The notes below the pieces were generated by a model. The model had not been told where the DNA came from, did not search any database, and worked only from the letters and a program-made list of their open reading frames with translations. Of a DNA stretch of 64,000 bases, positions 29,139 through 39,068 are shown piece after piece. Source of the stretch: Amylibacter sp. (GTDB lineage: Bacteria > Pseudomonadota > Alphaproteobacteria > Rhodobacterales > Rhodobacteraceae); the NCBI GenBank assembly GCA_037625035.1, contig JASJIO010000030.1:11778-75777 (forward strand). Direction: 5' to 3'. The stretch's first letter is position 1. Each line of letters starts with the position of its first letter. The position numbers were made by a program, and so were the translations under genes.

Positions 29139-30442
29139 ATTTGGCGCCAATCGCACCCCTAGACAGCAACGACCTGACCCAATTTGATTTGGTCGAAATT
29201 GATTCAATCAACGTCGCCTGAAGCGTTTTACTTTTAAATTGTGCGCGTATTATCGAAGCCGTTGACGTGCCGAGCAAAGCAATGCCGTTACCCGGATTTG
29301 CTAATAATTTTTGGCTTTCTTCTGCCAGCGCAATCTGGGCGACTGCGTAATCCACACCCGTTTCGCTATCTGCTGCGGACCAATGTTCAATCATCCCATT
29401 CAGTAGCGGTCCATTTTCTGTAAACCCCGCAAATGAAACAGTAACGCGTGTCCCCACGGTAAGGATCGAAACCTGCGGGAGTGGAACACGCAGATCCACT
29501 ACAAATTGCGCTGCATCGACTCCATGGATTTTCATAATCGTTTCGTCGCTATCAAATCGTGCCCCTGCTTGCACTGGCCTAATACGGCTGACGTGGCCAT
29601 TTTGCGGAACCATAAAACGTGGGTTTTCCAAATACGTTTCAAGTACCACTTTTTGCGTAATCTTTAGCGCAACATCGGAAGACAATTGTGTAATCCGCAT
29701 AAGGCGCGCGCGATCTTGTTTGTTGCGGACCATATCCAATTCATTATAGAGCGTATTCAAATCATGTATTAACGCGTTGCGTTCAAGTGCACTGTTACAC
29801 TGGCATGTGCGCGCAAAACGGGATGCACGTCATTTTTTCATTTTTCACGTGAACGCCTAAAACCATTGCAAGCTTTTGGTTCAATAGCGCCAAGCGAGCT
29901 TGCAAGACGTTTAAAGCACGCTCTAATCGGAGAAACTTAGTTAGGTCTTCGCGCTGTCCCGCAACAGAGTCTGCTTTGGCGGCGCGAACGAGCAAATCTA
30001 GTTCTTGGTCTCCATTTGTATGAATCGGAATCACCGCCTTATTTTCATCACAGGATACGGTTGCTACATTTCGCGTCTCGTCAGATCGCAAGAGGCATGC
30101 CCGCAGAACATTGGCAACGACAATGCTACGATTGATATGTGAAAGTTGCGCGCGCATCGCAGCTTCATCCAGCACAGCGACAGTTTGACCAGCGCGTACC
30201 AATTCGCCTGGCTTCACAAGTAATGCTTTCAGCGGCACACCAGCAGGTAACTGTAATTTTTTCGGTGTTTGGTTCGGTTGTAACGTCCCAACAAACCGTT
30301 CGGTCTGAGGAGCCGTTTTCAAACTGGCCAAGAAAAAACTCCCAAGGATCAAAGTCCCCAATCCTAGGACAGCCCACGTAAGCCACAAAAAGGGCAGGAC
30401 ACCAATGCGTGCTTTGGGGGTGGGATCATGCGTTTGTCGCAT
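29119..30442 (-). pseudogene. HlyD-family membrane fusion protein, frame-disrupted
   Basis: The N-terminal half (30442..29795) has a TM helix, the lipoyl-like VKPGELVRAGQTVAVLD and a coiled coil. The C-terminal half (29760..29119) has a beta-barrel/MPD-like region but lies in another frame. The junction is between about 29772 and 29838, beside T6/T5 runs. The 3' end runs 20 nt into kpsF. Confidence 0.65.
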
Positions 30443-32462
30443 TGTCGCCTACTCCAGCTGAACTACTATTTTTCTGTACATCAGCAGGAGGTCTGCCACC
30501 TGTTTTACGAGGATCATAAGTATCTAACCGGCCTAAAATAACGCACTGATCTTGTTCAACCGTAGCGTCCACTTGCGAACACAATTTAAAAACAGCGGCA
30601 AGTGGAGACAGGCGGCCTTGGCCGTCGATTTCTTCTGCTTCGGTTTCTGCGCGCGTTAAGACACCCGAGGAAACAGGTAAGTCGCGATCAATGAGCTTCA
30701 TCAAACAATGACCCTCAAAATGCTTAAACTCAAAACTCACAGATTGATGACTTAGGGGTTCAACATTTTGACACGAAAAGGCTAACAGTTCAGCCGCAAC
30801 GACACAGGCGTTTCTACGGTTTACCTCGTCTCCGTCACGCTTGAAATGAGAACGTACCCAAGTTTCTAAGTTCTCTTCGGTTTCGAGGCTCCGAGCACCC
30901 ACAAACCGCTGCCAGCCAGACGATTGACGCGCCCGAATTTCGTGAGCTGGGCCAAAATCGATGACTCGCCCTTCTTGCAGCATCAACAACTTATCACAGA
31001 AATCCAACATCGCCCGAATTTCTTTTACGACAATAAAGCTACGGCCCACACGACACTCTTGGCGCATCCGTGCAACCAAAGCCCCCATTAATTTTTCTAA
31101 AACTCCGTCCTCAGGCCAATCAATCAGATGAAGATGTGGGGACATTAAAAATCCACGCGCGAAGGCTAGTGCTTTTTGCTCAGATGCTGAAAAATGCGTC
31201 GCGTTCTTTGCGTTGCAAATTTTCTCAACACTATCGATTGCAAAAACCAGTTGTTCTAAAATGCGTTTTCCTTGGTCCAGCACCGAGCCTTGCTCAAAAA
31301 AGGCCAAATTGTCTTGACCTGACGTTGGCAAAATTAAGGGGACTGATGGAAACATTAAAGCTGGGACATGCGCAGGTTTATTTGAACGTTCCCACAAATC
31401 TGTTTCTGCCAACCGAACTGCCCCACAAACATTTAGACCCATCAAGTCATACGGCCTAATTATCGCTTGCATTAATGTGGTCTTCCCTGAACTGGGTGGG
31501 CCAATTAATCCCAGCACTTGACCAGGTTCTATTTGGAAACGAACATCCGAAAGAATGGGCTGTTGATCGCCATTGAATACAGTCAATCCCTCAACCCTCA
31601 AACCTCCCACGTGGAGCTCCACATCGGGATCAGGCGCAACACGTATCCGTGTAACAGATGCCACCAACCCGTCTTCGATTGAGTTTGTCGTCGCACCTTG
31701 GACGATGAATTTGCCAACTGCTCGGACCGACCAAAACGTTATAAGCGCAACAGCAACTGTCGGAGTAGGGGCGACAATTTCATATGCAGCTAACCAACTG
31801 CTACACCCCAAAGAAAGGATCATGGAAAACTACGCCACCGCTACGATATATCCACTCTGCAATGCGGGTGCAGTCGGGGTCTTTACTGACAGCTTAGCGC
31901 CAATTTTGTCGAGACCGGCAAAAATCGAAATTGCTCCAGATGGTAAAAAATCCCCCATCGGTTCAAGTTGCGAAAAACGCGCAAGCATTTGTGTGATACC
32001 GTATATAAAAGCCACCCCTAAAGGAATCGCTATTCCCAAAAGAGGATGCACAACCTCCAACATCACAAACACGACCATAGCAACAGCCGCTTGGGCAACT
32101 ACTGTATTTTGTTCTCTAAATACACGATACCCGACCAAAGTTTTAGCATGAGAAAACTCAAAAATCAGCAGGCCAATGATCGGAATACCACCAATTCCTG
32201 TCAATAGAATCGCCATCAACGGTTGTTGTGCACGAACTGATTAATCCGTAAAAAAGATCGTTAAAACACATATACTTAAAATACAAAGAGCAGATCTTGT
32301 CGCGAAAAACTACGACAACGGACGCGCCCAAGTTGGGGCAGATCGATCGATCATTTGTACTGGGTCGAGCAAAATATCCTGTGAATCAACCCCCGCAGTG
32401 TAGTCAATTTGAGGTTGCTCTATAGTAGTGCCCATTTTTATTGAATGCGCCTTATGCGACAT
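30426..32462 (-). pseudogene. ABC exporter (6-TM TMD plus NBD plus a C-terminal extension of about 155 aa) with three in-frame stop codons
   Basis: One continuous frame runs from the SD-preceded ATG 32462 to TGA 30426. It is interrupted by TAG 32310-32312, TAA 32241-32243 and TAG 31830-31832. Walker A GPPSSGKTT is intact. The signature (FSASEQ), Walker B (LIDWPED) and H-loop are non-canonical. Confidence 0.65.
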
Positions 32463-32566
32463 GGTTTCAACTTTCCTAACTGCTCGTACACCTCTTTCTC
32501 TAGGGCTTTTCGGTTAACAATAACCCTGATGAGTTTAAGTGCTGTCAACGAGAGGATTAACTTCGG

Positions 32567-33642
32567 ATGCAGCAGAATCACTCATTGAATGGAAAAACAC
32601 GGAGCTCGGCTGGTTTTGGAACAGACGTTCTTATTGCGTCCATCCTTGTCCCAGCTGGCACCATTTACACCATCGGCAGTACGGCCAAAATCATTTTCCT
32701 AGCACAAGAAGAAGAGATTATACCCATCATCGTGGGCAGTGATCTCGACCAAATTCCGGCGTTGTTGCGTGGCAACCTCCCGACCGTAACTACCAGCTTG
32801 ACACATAACCTCCCGAAACGGGAGAACCCCCCACGTATGTGCGAAATGAACGAAGATTATTTCGAAAAAATTGACCGTGGAAAATCGCAACCTGTGGGAT
32901 ATACAGTCCGCAACGAATATGTGCAGCCATTTCGCGATCGTCGCGGGTTTCTCAATGAACGGGAATTACGCGCGGCCAAAGTTGCCTGGCACTACTTTGA
33001 AAAATTCACCCAAGAATCGACTAGCCTTGCGAATTTGGTTGGGAATTACCCTTCAACCACGATGTGGGACACCGCTTCTTATATCGTGGGAACAGTTGCA
33101 GCCTTTGAATTTTGTCTTATCGAAAAACCAGAGTTTGATCGCCGCATCATCCAACTTTTAACAACGGTAAAAGAGTTGGAATTATTCCGCAAAGAAATGC
33201 CTAACAAAGTGTACCATACCAAGACAGGTGCCAAAGTTGATTCTACAAACAAACCTGGTGAAATCGGATTTTCAGCATTGGATATCGGTCGCTTTTTGGT
33301 TTGAATGCGTATCCTTAAAAATCGATATCCACATCTTTCAAATACGGTTGATTCGGTGTTGCTCAAATGGGATTTTGTAAACACTGTTGATAAAGAAGGT
33401 CTTCTTTTTGGCGCCTACGTAGATAAGGAATCGGGCGAGACGGTTTACGCGCGAGAAGGGCGTCTTGGGTATGAAGAATACGCAGCTAAAGGCTTCGCTC
33501 TTTGGGGGTTCCGCCCATTGTTGGCACACCGTGCAGAACCGTTTTTGACGGCATCCATTTTTGGCATTCAAGTACCCTACGACGGGCGCAACCCCCGCGT
33601 CTTTCATAGCCAGAACTATGTGGTGACCGAATCATACCTACA
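32567..33642 (+). pseudogene. DUF3131-like (six-hairpin glycosidase-fold?) membrane-anchored protein with a nonsense codon, 3'-truncated
   Basis: ORFs 32567..33304 and 33305..33682 share one frame, split by TGA 33302-33304 (...GRFLV*MRIL..., probably W -> stop). Family-like sequence ends near 33642, where the IS3 fragment begins. The family assignment is from memory only. Confidence 0.5.
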
Positions 33643-33868
33643 ATACTGTCTTCACCGCGAAGGCCTTCCAGGACGATCCTAATCTTCTCTTCAGAGGATT
33701 ATTGTTTGCGAGTTGCGCGCTTGATGTCTCTGACGATCTTCTCGCAAGGGCTTTTGCGTGTTCCAGTTGTTTGTCTCATCTTCCACTCCTCAGTGGTTAC
33801 GATGAGCCAAGGACACTCTCTTATCAAATACCGCTATTTGGACCCGTAGGCGCTGAACCGCCGTGTCA
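33643..33868 (-). mobile_element. IS3-family remnant: left end plus the first ~45 codons of orfA
   Basis: Minus strand, from ATG 33779: MRQTTGTRKSPCEKIVRDIKRATRKQ*SSEEKIRIVLEGLRGEDSI. This matches the conserved IS3 OrfA N-terminus, with an in-frame TAA at 33699-33701. SD GGAG lies upstream. The putative terminal TGACACGG... at 33868 is a guess. Confidence 0.7.
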
Positions 33869-33984
33869 CGATCTATGCGCGAAAATGCCCGACTCCCTAA
33901 CTCACCTAATGATCGAGTATTAGACGCCACCTACATTTTGATGCTAAGTCATTGTAGGATTAATACCAAATTGTTTGGCTAGAA

Positions 33985-34869
33985 ATGATGCTTTCCCCAA
34001 ATATGCGCGGCGCGGCCTTGATGTCTGCTTCTATGGCAGGCTTTGCGCTGAACGATACTGCCTTAAAATATGGTGGCACGGATCTGGGGTTATTCCCTGC
34101 CATTTTCGTACGCGGTATTTTCGCAGTTTGTTTTATGAGCATCTTCGCTTATGCATTTGGCGCATTTTCCAACCTACCCAAAGCAAAAGATATACGCCTC
34201 ATTGGCATAAGATCCTTTGCAGAAATCGGCGCAACACTCGCGTTTCTTACCGCGCTTTTCAACCTTCCACTCGCGAACATCACCGCACTTTTGCAGGCCA
34301 CGCCACTTTCCATTGCCCTCGCCGCAGCCATATTCTTAAGCGAACCAATAGGACGCAAACGAATTGCTGCAATCGTGGTCGGTTTTATCGGCGTAATGAT
34401 CATTGTTCGCCCGGGGCTTGATGGGTTCAACGCCTACGCCCTCCTCGGTTTGGTCGCAGTTGCCTTTGTCACGTTACGCGATCTAACCGCGCGCCAACTC
34501 AGCCCAAAAGTACCAACTTTACTGGTCGCATTCGTCGCCTCTGTCGCGATCATGCTAACGGGTGGCGTCGGCATCCTCGTCACTCAAACTTGGCAAACGC
34601 CCACCCCGTTTGAACTTTCGATCCTCGGACTATCCGCAGTTTTCCTCATGATCGGATATTACTGCTCGGTCGCAACTATGCGCATCGGTGACGTCGCAAT
34701 CGTCTCGTCCTATCGCTATACGGTGATGATCTGGGCCATCGCACTCGGCTGGCTCGTCTTTGGCGATATCCCAGATCGGTGGACCATAATTGGCATGCTC
34801 GTCATCTTATCCGCAGGGCTTTTCACAATGTGGAGAGAGCGGAAATTGGCCAAATCAAAACGTAGCTAA
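33985..34869 (+). CDS. DMT (EamA) family transporter
   Basis: 294 aa with ten hydrophobic helices in two EamA-like halves. Confidence 0.85.
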   Translation: MMLSPNMRGAALMSASMAGFALNDTALKYGGTDLGLFPAIFVRGIFAVCFMSIFAYAFGAFSNLPKAKDIRLIGIRSFAEIGATLAFLTALFNLPLANITALLQATPLSIALAAAIFLSEPIGRKRIAAIVVGFIGVMIIVRPGLDGFNAYALLGLVAVAFVTLRDLTARQLSPKVPTLLVAFVASVAIMLTGGVGILVTQTWQTPTPFELSILGLSAVFLMIGYYCSVATMRIGDVAIVSSYRYTVMIWAIALGWLVFGDIPDRWTIIGMLVILSAGLFTMWRERKLAKSKRS

Positions 34870-34916
34870 CCCAGCCCCATTTCGGCATGACTATTCAGCA
34901 CAGAGGAAAACTCCCG

Positions 34917-35315
34917 ATGGCACAGAACATCACCAAACACGTCAAAGATATGGTCACCCAGGCCAACACGCAGATCGAAACCATTCCGACGGCGGATGCA
35001 ATCAATCTGGTTGGCAATGAGGACCACGTCATCGTCGATCTACGCGACCCACGTGAATTGAAACGTGGCGGCAAAATTCCAGGGGCGTTTTCATGCCCGC
35101 GCGGCATGTTGGAATTCTGGATCGACCCCGCCAGCCCCTATCACAAAGATATTTTCAATCAGGACAAAAAATACGTCTTTTATTGCGCCAGCGCATGGCG
35201 CTCCGCCCTATCTGCACAACTGGCCCAAGACATGGGGCTCAAACCAGTAGCTCATATCGAAGGTGGTTTTGGCGCATGGGTCAAAGTAGATGGCCCGGTC
35301 GAGGCTGTCGATTAA
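34917..35315 (+). CDS. Rhodanese-domain protein
   Basis: The active-site loop YCASAWRS fits a CxxxxR rhodanese loop. ATG 34917 has a GAGGA SD; the track start is 34887. Confidence 0.7.
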   Translation: MAQNITKHVKDMVTQANTQIETIPTADAINLVGNEDHVIVDLRDPRELKRGGKIPGAFSCPRGMLEFWIDPASPYHKDIFNQDKKYVFYCASAWRSALSAQLAQDMGLKPVAHIEGGFGAWVKVDGPVEAVD

Positions 35316-37357
35316 ACGTCCTTCATGAACCGCAAACCATCATAAATCGCGGCGTGCGTATTGCGCGCCGCAACCGCATCCCCGATCCGAAACAGTTGAA
35401 ACGCACTCTCCGAATTTCGCGTCACGTTTTGTGGTTCACCCGCAATCAACGCATCGTAATCCACCTCGCCCAAATTACGGCTTAACGGCACCAAATCAAA
35501 ATACAAATCGGCATTCGGCAGCGTTCCATAATTCACCACAATCTGATCATAGGTCTGGCGTTTCACAAAATCGCTGTAATCTGTCCCCACCAGCGCGGTT
35601 AACTTATTCCCGTCCTGCTCCACACCTTTTAATCGGCGCGTCACTGTGAACGTCACATCTTTGTCTTGCAAGTTGCGCATGTAAGGTACCAAATTCATCG
35701 CCATTACATCAGGCGCAAACGTGCGATCAGGGGTCATCACTTCAACCTTCGCACCCGCAGCGGCCACTGTTTCTGCGGCCATTAACGCAGGGTGATCCCC
35801 ACTTTCATCATAAATCAAAACATGGTTCGCAGGCTTCACATCACCCGAAATAATGTCCCACGCGCTTACCACATGAGGGGCGTCTTCGCCCGTTTCGAAC
35901 AATTCTATATTTGGCAAACCACCCGTCGCCACGATCACGACATCGGGCGAAAGCGCTGTAATATCCTCGACCACAGCCCAAGTATTAAACCGAAACTCCA
36001 CATCGCGCGCAGCACATTGCGCCATGCGCCAATCAATGATCGAAATCATCTCGGCACGGCGTTTGTTCAGCGCGGTCAAACGCAGCTGCCCGCCCGCATC
36101 TGGCTGGGCCTCGAACACAGTCACACTATGGCCCCGTTCCGCTGAAACCCGCGCGGCTTCTAATCCCGCCGGTCCAGCACCTATAATCACAACCTTTTTC
36201 GCCACCTCGGCAGGGGTAATTTCATGAGGCATCGTCAACTCGCGACCCGTCGCCGCATTGTGAATACACAAGGCCTCACCCGCGCCATAAATCCGATCCA
36301 AACAGTAGGTCGCACCAACGCAGGGGCGAATATCTTCTTCGCGCCCTGCAATGATTTTCTGCACAATCATCGGATCCGCCATATGCGCCCGCGTCATGCC
36401 AACCATATCCAACTGCCCGCTTTGTACGGCATATCGCGCCGTCGCCACATCGGGAATACGCGCTGCATGAAATACAGGCATGCCCGTCGCCGCACGGATT
36501 GATCCCGCCAAATTCAAATGCGGCGCAGATGGCATGCCCTGAACGGGGATCATATCCGTCATCGCTGGGTCGGTATGAATGCGCCCCCGATTGACGTTGA
36601 AATAATCTAACAAACCGCTCGCTTTCAAATGTTCAGCGATCTTCAAACCTTCGTCAGGTGTGATCCCACCTGCCTCTGCCTCGTCTGCACCCATGCGAAT
36701 GCCCAGCACAAAATCATCGCCAACCCGTTCGCGAACCGCAGTTAGAACGTCCATCGTCAAACGCACTCGATCCTCTAGCGAACCGTTCCCGTACGGCCCA
36801 TCCAATTGATTGCTAAGGGGCGAACAAAATTGATCCAGCAGGTGACCGTGGTTCATAATTTCGACGCCGTCCATGCCGCCCGCCTTCATGCGTTCGGCAG
36901 CATCTGCAAAATCGGAAATGATACGCCAGATATCCCATTCCTCGGCCAGCTTCGAAAACCGCCGATGCGCAGGTTCGCGGTCATGCGTGGAACTAACGGC
37001 GGGCAACCATTCGCCTTTGTCCCACCCAGTGCGCCGTCCAAGATGCGTCAACTGGATCATCGCCGCACAACCATGTTCATGCAACCCATCCGTCAACCGC
37101 TGAATCCACGGCACGACCTCGTCTTTATAGGCCAAAATATTGTTGAAAACGGGCGGGCTGTCACGGCTTACCGCCGCCGAACCAGCTGTCATCGCCAGTG
37201 CAATCCCTGCCTTGGCCCGCATCGCATGATACGCAATATAGCGTTCTTTTGGCATGCCATCTTCGGGATACGCAGGTTCATGGCTCGTCGTCATGATGCG
37301 ATTTTTCAACGTTAAATGCTTCAGTTGAAACGGCTGTAAAAGTGGATCGCTAGACAT
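35312..37357 (-). CDS. Two-domain OYE-like FMN plus FAD/NAD(P) oxidoreductase (2,4-dienoyl-CoA reductase / N-methylproline demethylase / DgcA-like family)
   Basis: About 681 aa. N-terminal TIM-barrel OYE motifs and a central VVIIGAGPAGLEAA. ATG 37357 is preceded by GGGAGGGA. Confidence 0.8.
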   Translation of the reverse strand: MSSDPLLQPFQLKHLTLKNRIMTTSHEPAYPEDGMPKERYIAYHAMRAKAGIALAMTAGSAAVSRDSPPVFNNILAYKDEVVPWIQRLTDGLHEHGCAAMIQLTHLGRRTGWDKGEWLPAVSSTHDREPAHRRFSKLAEEWDIWRIISDFADAAERMKAGGMDGVEIMNHGHLLDQFCSPLSNQLDGPYGNGSLEDRVRLTMDVLTAVRERVGDDFVLGIRMGADEAEAGGITPDEGLKIAEHLKASGLLDYFNVNRGRIHTDPAMTDMIPVQGMPSAPHLNLAGSIRAATGMPVFHAARIPDVATARYAVQSGQLDMVGMTRAHMADPMIVQKIIAGREEDIRPCVGATYCLDRIYGAGEALCIHNAATGRELTMPHEITPAEVAKKVVIIGAGPAGLEAARVSAERGHSVTVFEAQPDAGGQLRLTALNKRRAEMISIIDWRMAQCAARDVEFRFNTWAVVEDITALSPDVVIVATGGLPNIELFETGEDAPHVVSAWDIISGDVKPANHVLIYDESGDHPALMAAETVAAAGAKVEVMTPDRTFAPDVMAMNLVPYMRNLQDKDVTFTVTRRLKGVEQDGNKLTALVGTDYSDFVKRQTYDQIVVNYGTLPNADLYFDLVPLSRNLGEVDYDALIAGEPQNVTRNSESAFQLFRIGDAVAARNTHAAIYDGLRFMKDV

Positions 37358-37426
37358 GAAAATCCCTCCCAAAGACACATGCTTTGAGAGAGATTAAGAC
37401 GTTACAAATATGACTTGTAAAGAAAC

Positions 37427-38269
37427 TTATTCAGTCTCTTTCGCATCCTGAATAACATTCATACCAGCCAACCCACTGTTGCCCAGCGTAACAGATGCAA
37501 ATGGCCCACCGTGGCACATGTGGCCTGCATCTTGCGGATCATTTTGCGGCTCATTTGCCAAAACTTCTGCCGCCACATCTTCGGCATTATCCTTCGGGCG
37601 ATACCCCAGAAAAGACGCCTTAGAATTGTCGACAGGCGTGCGATCATTGTTCGAAACACCATAAATAACCGAAAAACCCGTCACAGGCGTATCCAAACAG
37701 CGCGTCACCAATTGGATCAAATCATCATAGGACAAATACGATCCCAAAGCCCGCGCATTGTTGGCCTGCGCACAGGAAAGGATGCGCATGTGAACGCTCT
37801 CCATCCCGCGTTTTTCCCAATACATCCGGCCCAAATCTTCGGTGAAGCATTTGGCCAAACCATAAAAAGTATCAGGGCGATGCGGCACGTCCACGCCAAT
37901 AAATTCGTTCTTTGGATACATCCCAACCGCATGAATAGATGACGCGTAAACCACACGGCGCACGCCGGATTTGTAACCAGCTTCCCACACATTGTACGAC
38001 CCGACAAAGTTCGGCCCCAGCAGTTGTTCGAACGGCCCTTCATCCACAAACGCGCCCATGTGGACAACCATTTCAGCGCCTTCCATCACCTTGACCATAT
38101 CGTCCATGCTGGCCAAATCGCCCTGCATATACACTTCGCCGTCATAGGTTTTGCCAATGTCATCTTTGATATCCGTAGACACCAATTCATCACACATCTT
38201 GCTCAACGGCTCACGCAAATACGATCCCAAACGGCCAACAGCCCCTGTCAGTACAATCTTTTTCATCAT
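37427..38269 (-). CDS. NAD-dependent epimerase/dehydratase-family SDR (uronate-dehydrogenase-like)
   Basis: 280 aa. KIVLTGAVGRLG Rossmann motif and ASSIHAVG. Confidence 0.7.
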   Translation of the reverse strand: MMKKIVLTGAVGRLGSYLREPLSKMCDELVSTDIKDDIGKTYDGEVYMQGDLASMDDMVKVMEGAEMVVHMGAFVDEGPFEQLLGPNFVGSYNVWEAGYKSGVRRVVYASSIHAVGMYPKNEFIGVDVPHRPDTFYGLAKCFTEDLGRMYWEKRGMESVHMRILSCAQANNARALGSYLSYDDLIQLVTRCLDTPVTGFSVIYGVSNNDRTPVDNSKASFLGYRPKDNAEDVAAEVLANEPQNDPQDAGHMCHGGPFASVTLGNSGLAGMNVIQDAKETE

Positions 38270-38291
38270 CTCATCCTTTTGATTTCTGGCC

Positions 38292-39068
38292 CTACGCCAT
38301 CTTACTTTTCACTGTCGCCAACAAAGCATCCGATGCCTTTGCCAGCAATCCCGTATCCGACCCACAGGCCACAAACGTAAATCCTTCGTTCAACAAATCC
38401 GCCGCAAATTCAGGGTCCATCACCAACGTCCCCACAGGCACGCCCTTGGCCATCAACTTCTTCGCTGCACCCTTGATTAAGTCCCAAACCTCTGGGTCCA
38501 TCGGCTTGCGAACTTTGCCCATATCCGCCGCAATATCCGCAGGACCAAAGAACACGCCAGACACGCCGTCGACCGTGCCAATCGCCTCGGCCTGTGCCAC
38601 CGCGCTCACTGTTTCCAATTGTAAAATCACCGTGGTTTCATCGTCCACACGCACCACGTAATCAGACACACGCCCAAACTTATTTGCCCGTGTATTGCCC
38701 GAAACACCACGCACGCCGTGTGGCGGATACCGCGTCGCTGCAACCGCCTTTTCTGCTTCTTCAACGCTTTGGATCATCGGGAACAACAACCCTTGAACGC
38801 CCAAATCCATCAGCCGTTTCACCACAACCGTGTCATTCCAATCAGGTCGCACAATCGCCGTGGTTCCGCAGCTCGCAAACACCTGCAACTGCGCCAAAAC
38901 CGAATGATAATCATTCGGCGAATGCTCCATATCAATCAACGCCCAGTCAAATCCAGACGGCGCAGTCACCTCTGCGCCAAAGCCACTGCACAGGCTAATC
39001 CACAACCCCAGTTGTTTTTCGCCAGCCTTGATCGCCGCTTCAAACATGTTCTTTTCCAGTTTCATCAT
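38292..39068 (-). CDS. HpcH/HpaI-family 2-keto-3-deoxy-acid aldolase
   Basis: 258 aa. WALIDMEHSP and VRP motifs typical of HpaI/GarL-type aldolases. ATGA overlap with hyuB. Confidence 0.8.
   Translation of the reverse strand: MMKLEKNMFEAAIKAGEKQLGLWISLCSGFGAEVTAPSGFDWALIDMEHSPNDYHSVLAQLQVFASCGTTAIVRPDWNDTVVVKRLMDLGVQGLLFPMIQSVEEAEKAVAATRYPPHGVRGVSGNTRANKFGRVSDYVVRVDDETTVILQLETVSAVAQAEAIGTVDGVSGVFFGPADIAADMGKVRKPMDPEVWDLIKGAAKKLMAKGVPVGTLVMDPEFAADLLNEGFTFVACGSDTGLLAKASDALLATVKSKMA

Noticed and set aside
30426-33304. The idea that the in-frame TGA/TAG/TAA codons reflect a reassigned genetic code or programmed readthrough (for example UGA = Trp, as in some reduced alphaproteobacteria).
   Set aside because: All three stop codons occur as interruptions, and all three also terminate well-behaved neighbouring genes. 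The affected genes also carry frameshifts or truncations. Ordinary pseudogenisation is the simpler explanation.
37385-37420. Inverted repeat TTACAA-N7-TTGTAA between the SDR gene and the OYE flavoprotein gene.
   Set aside because: The 6-bp AT-rich arms are too weak to serve as a terminator stem and are not repeated elsewhere in the window. It was noted only.
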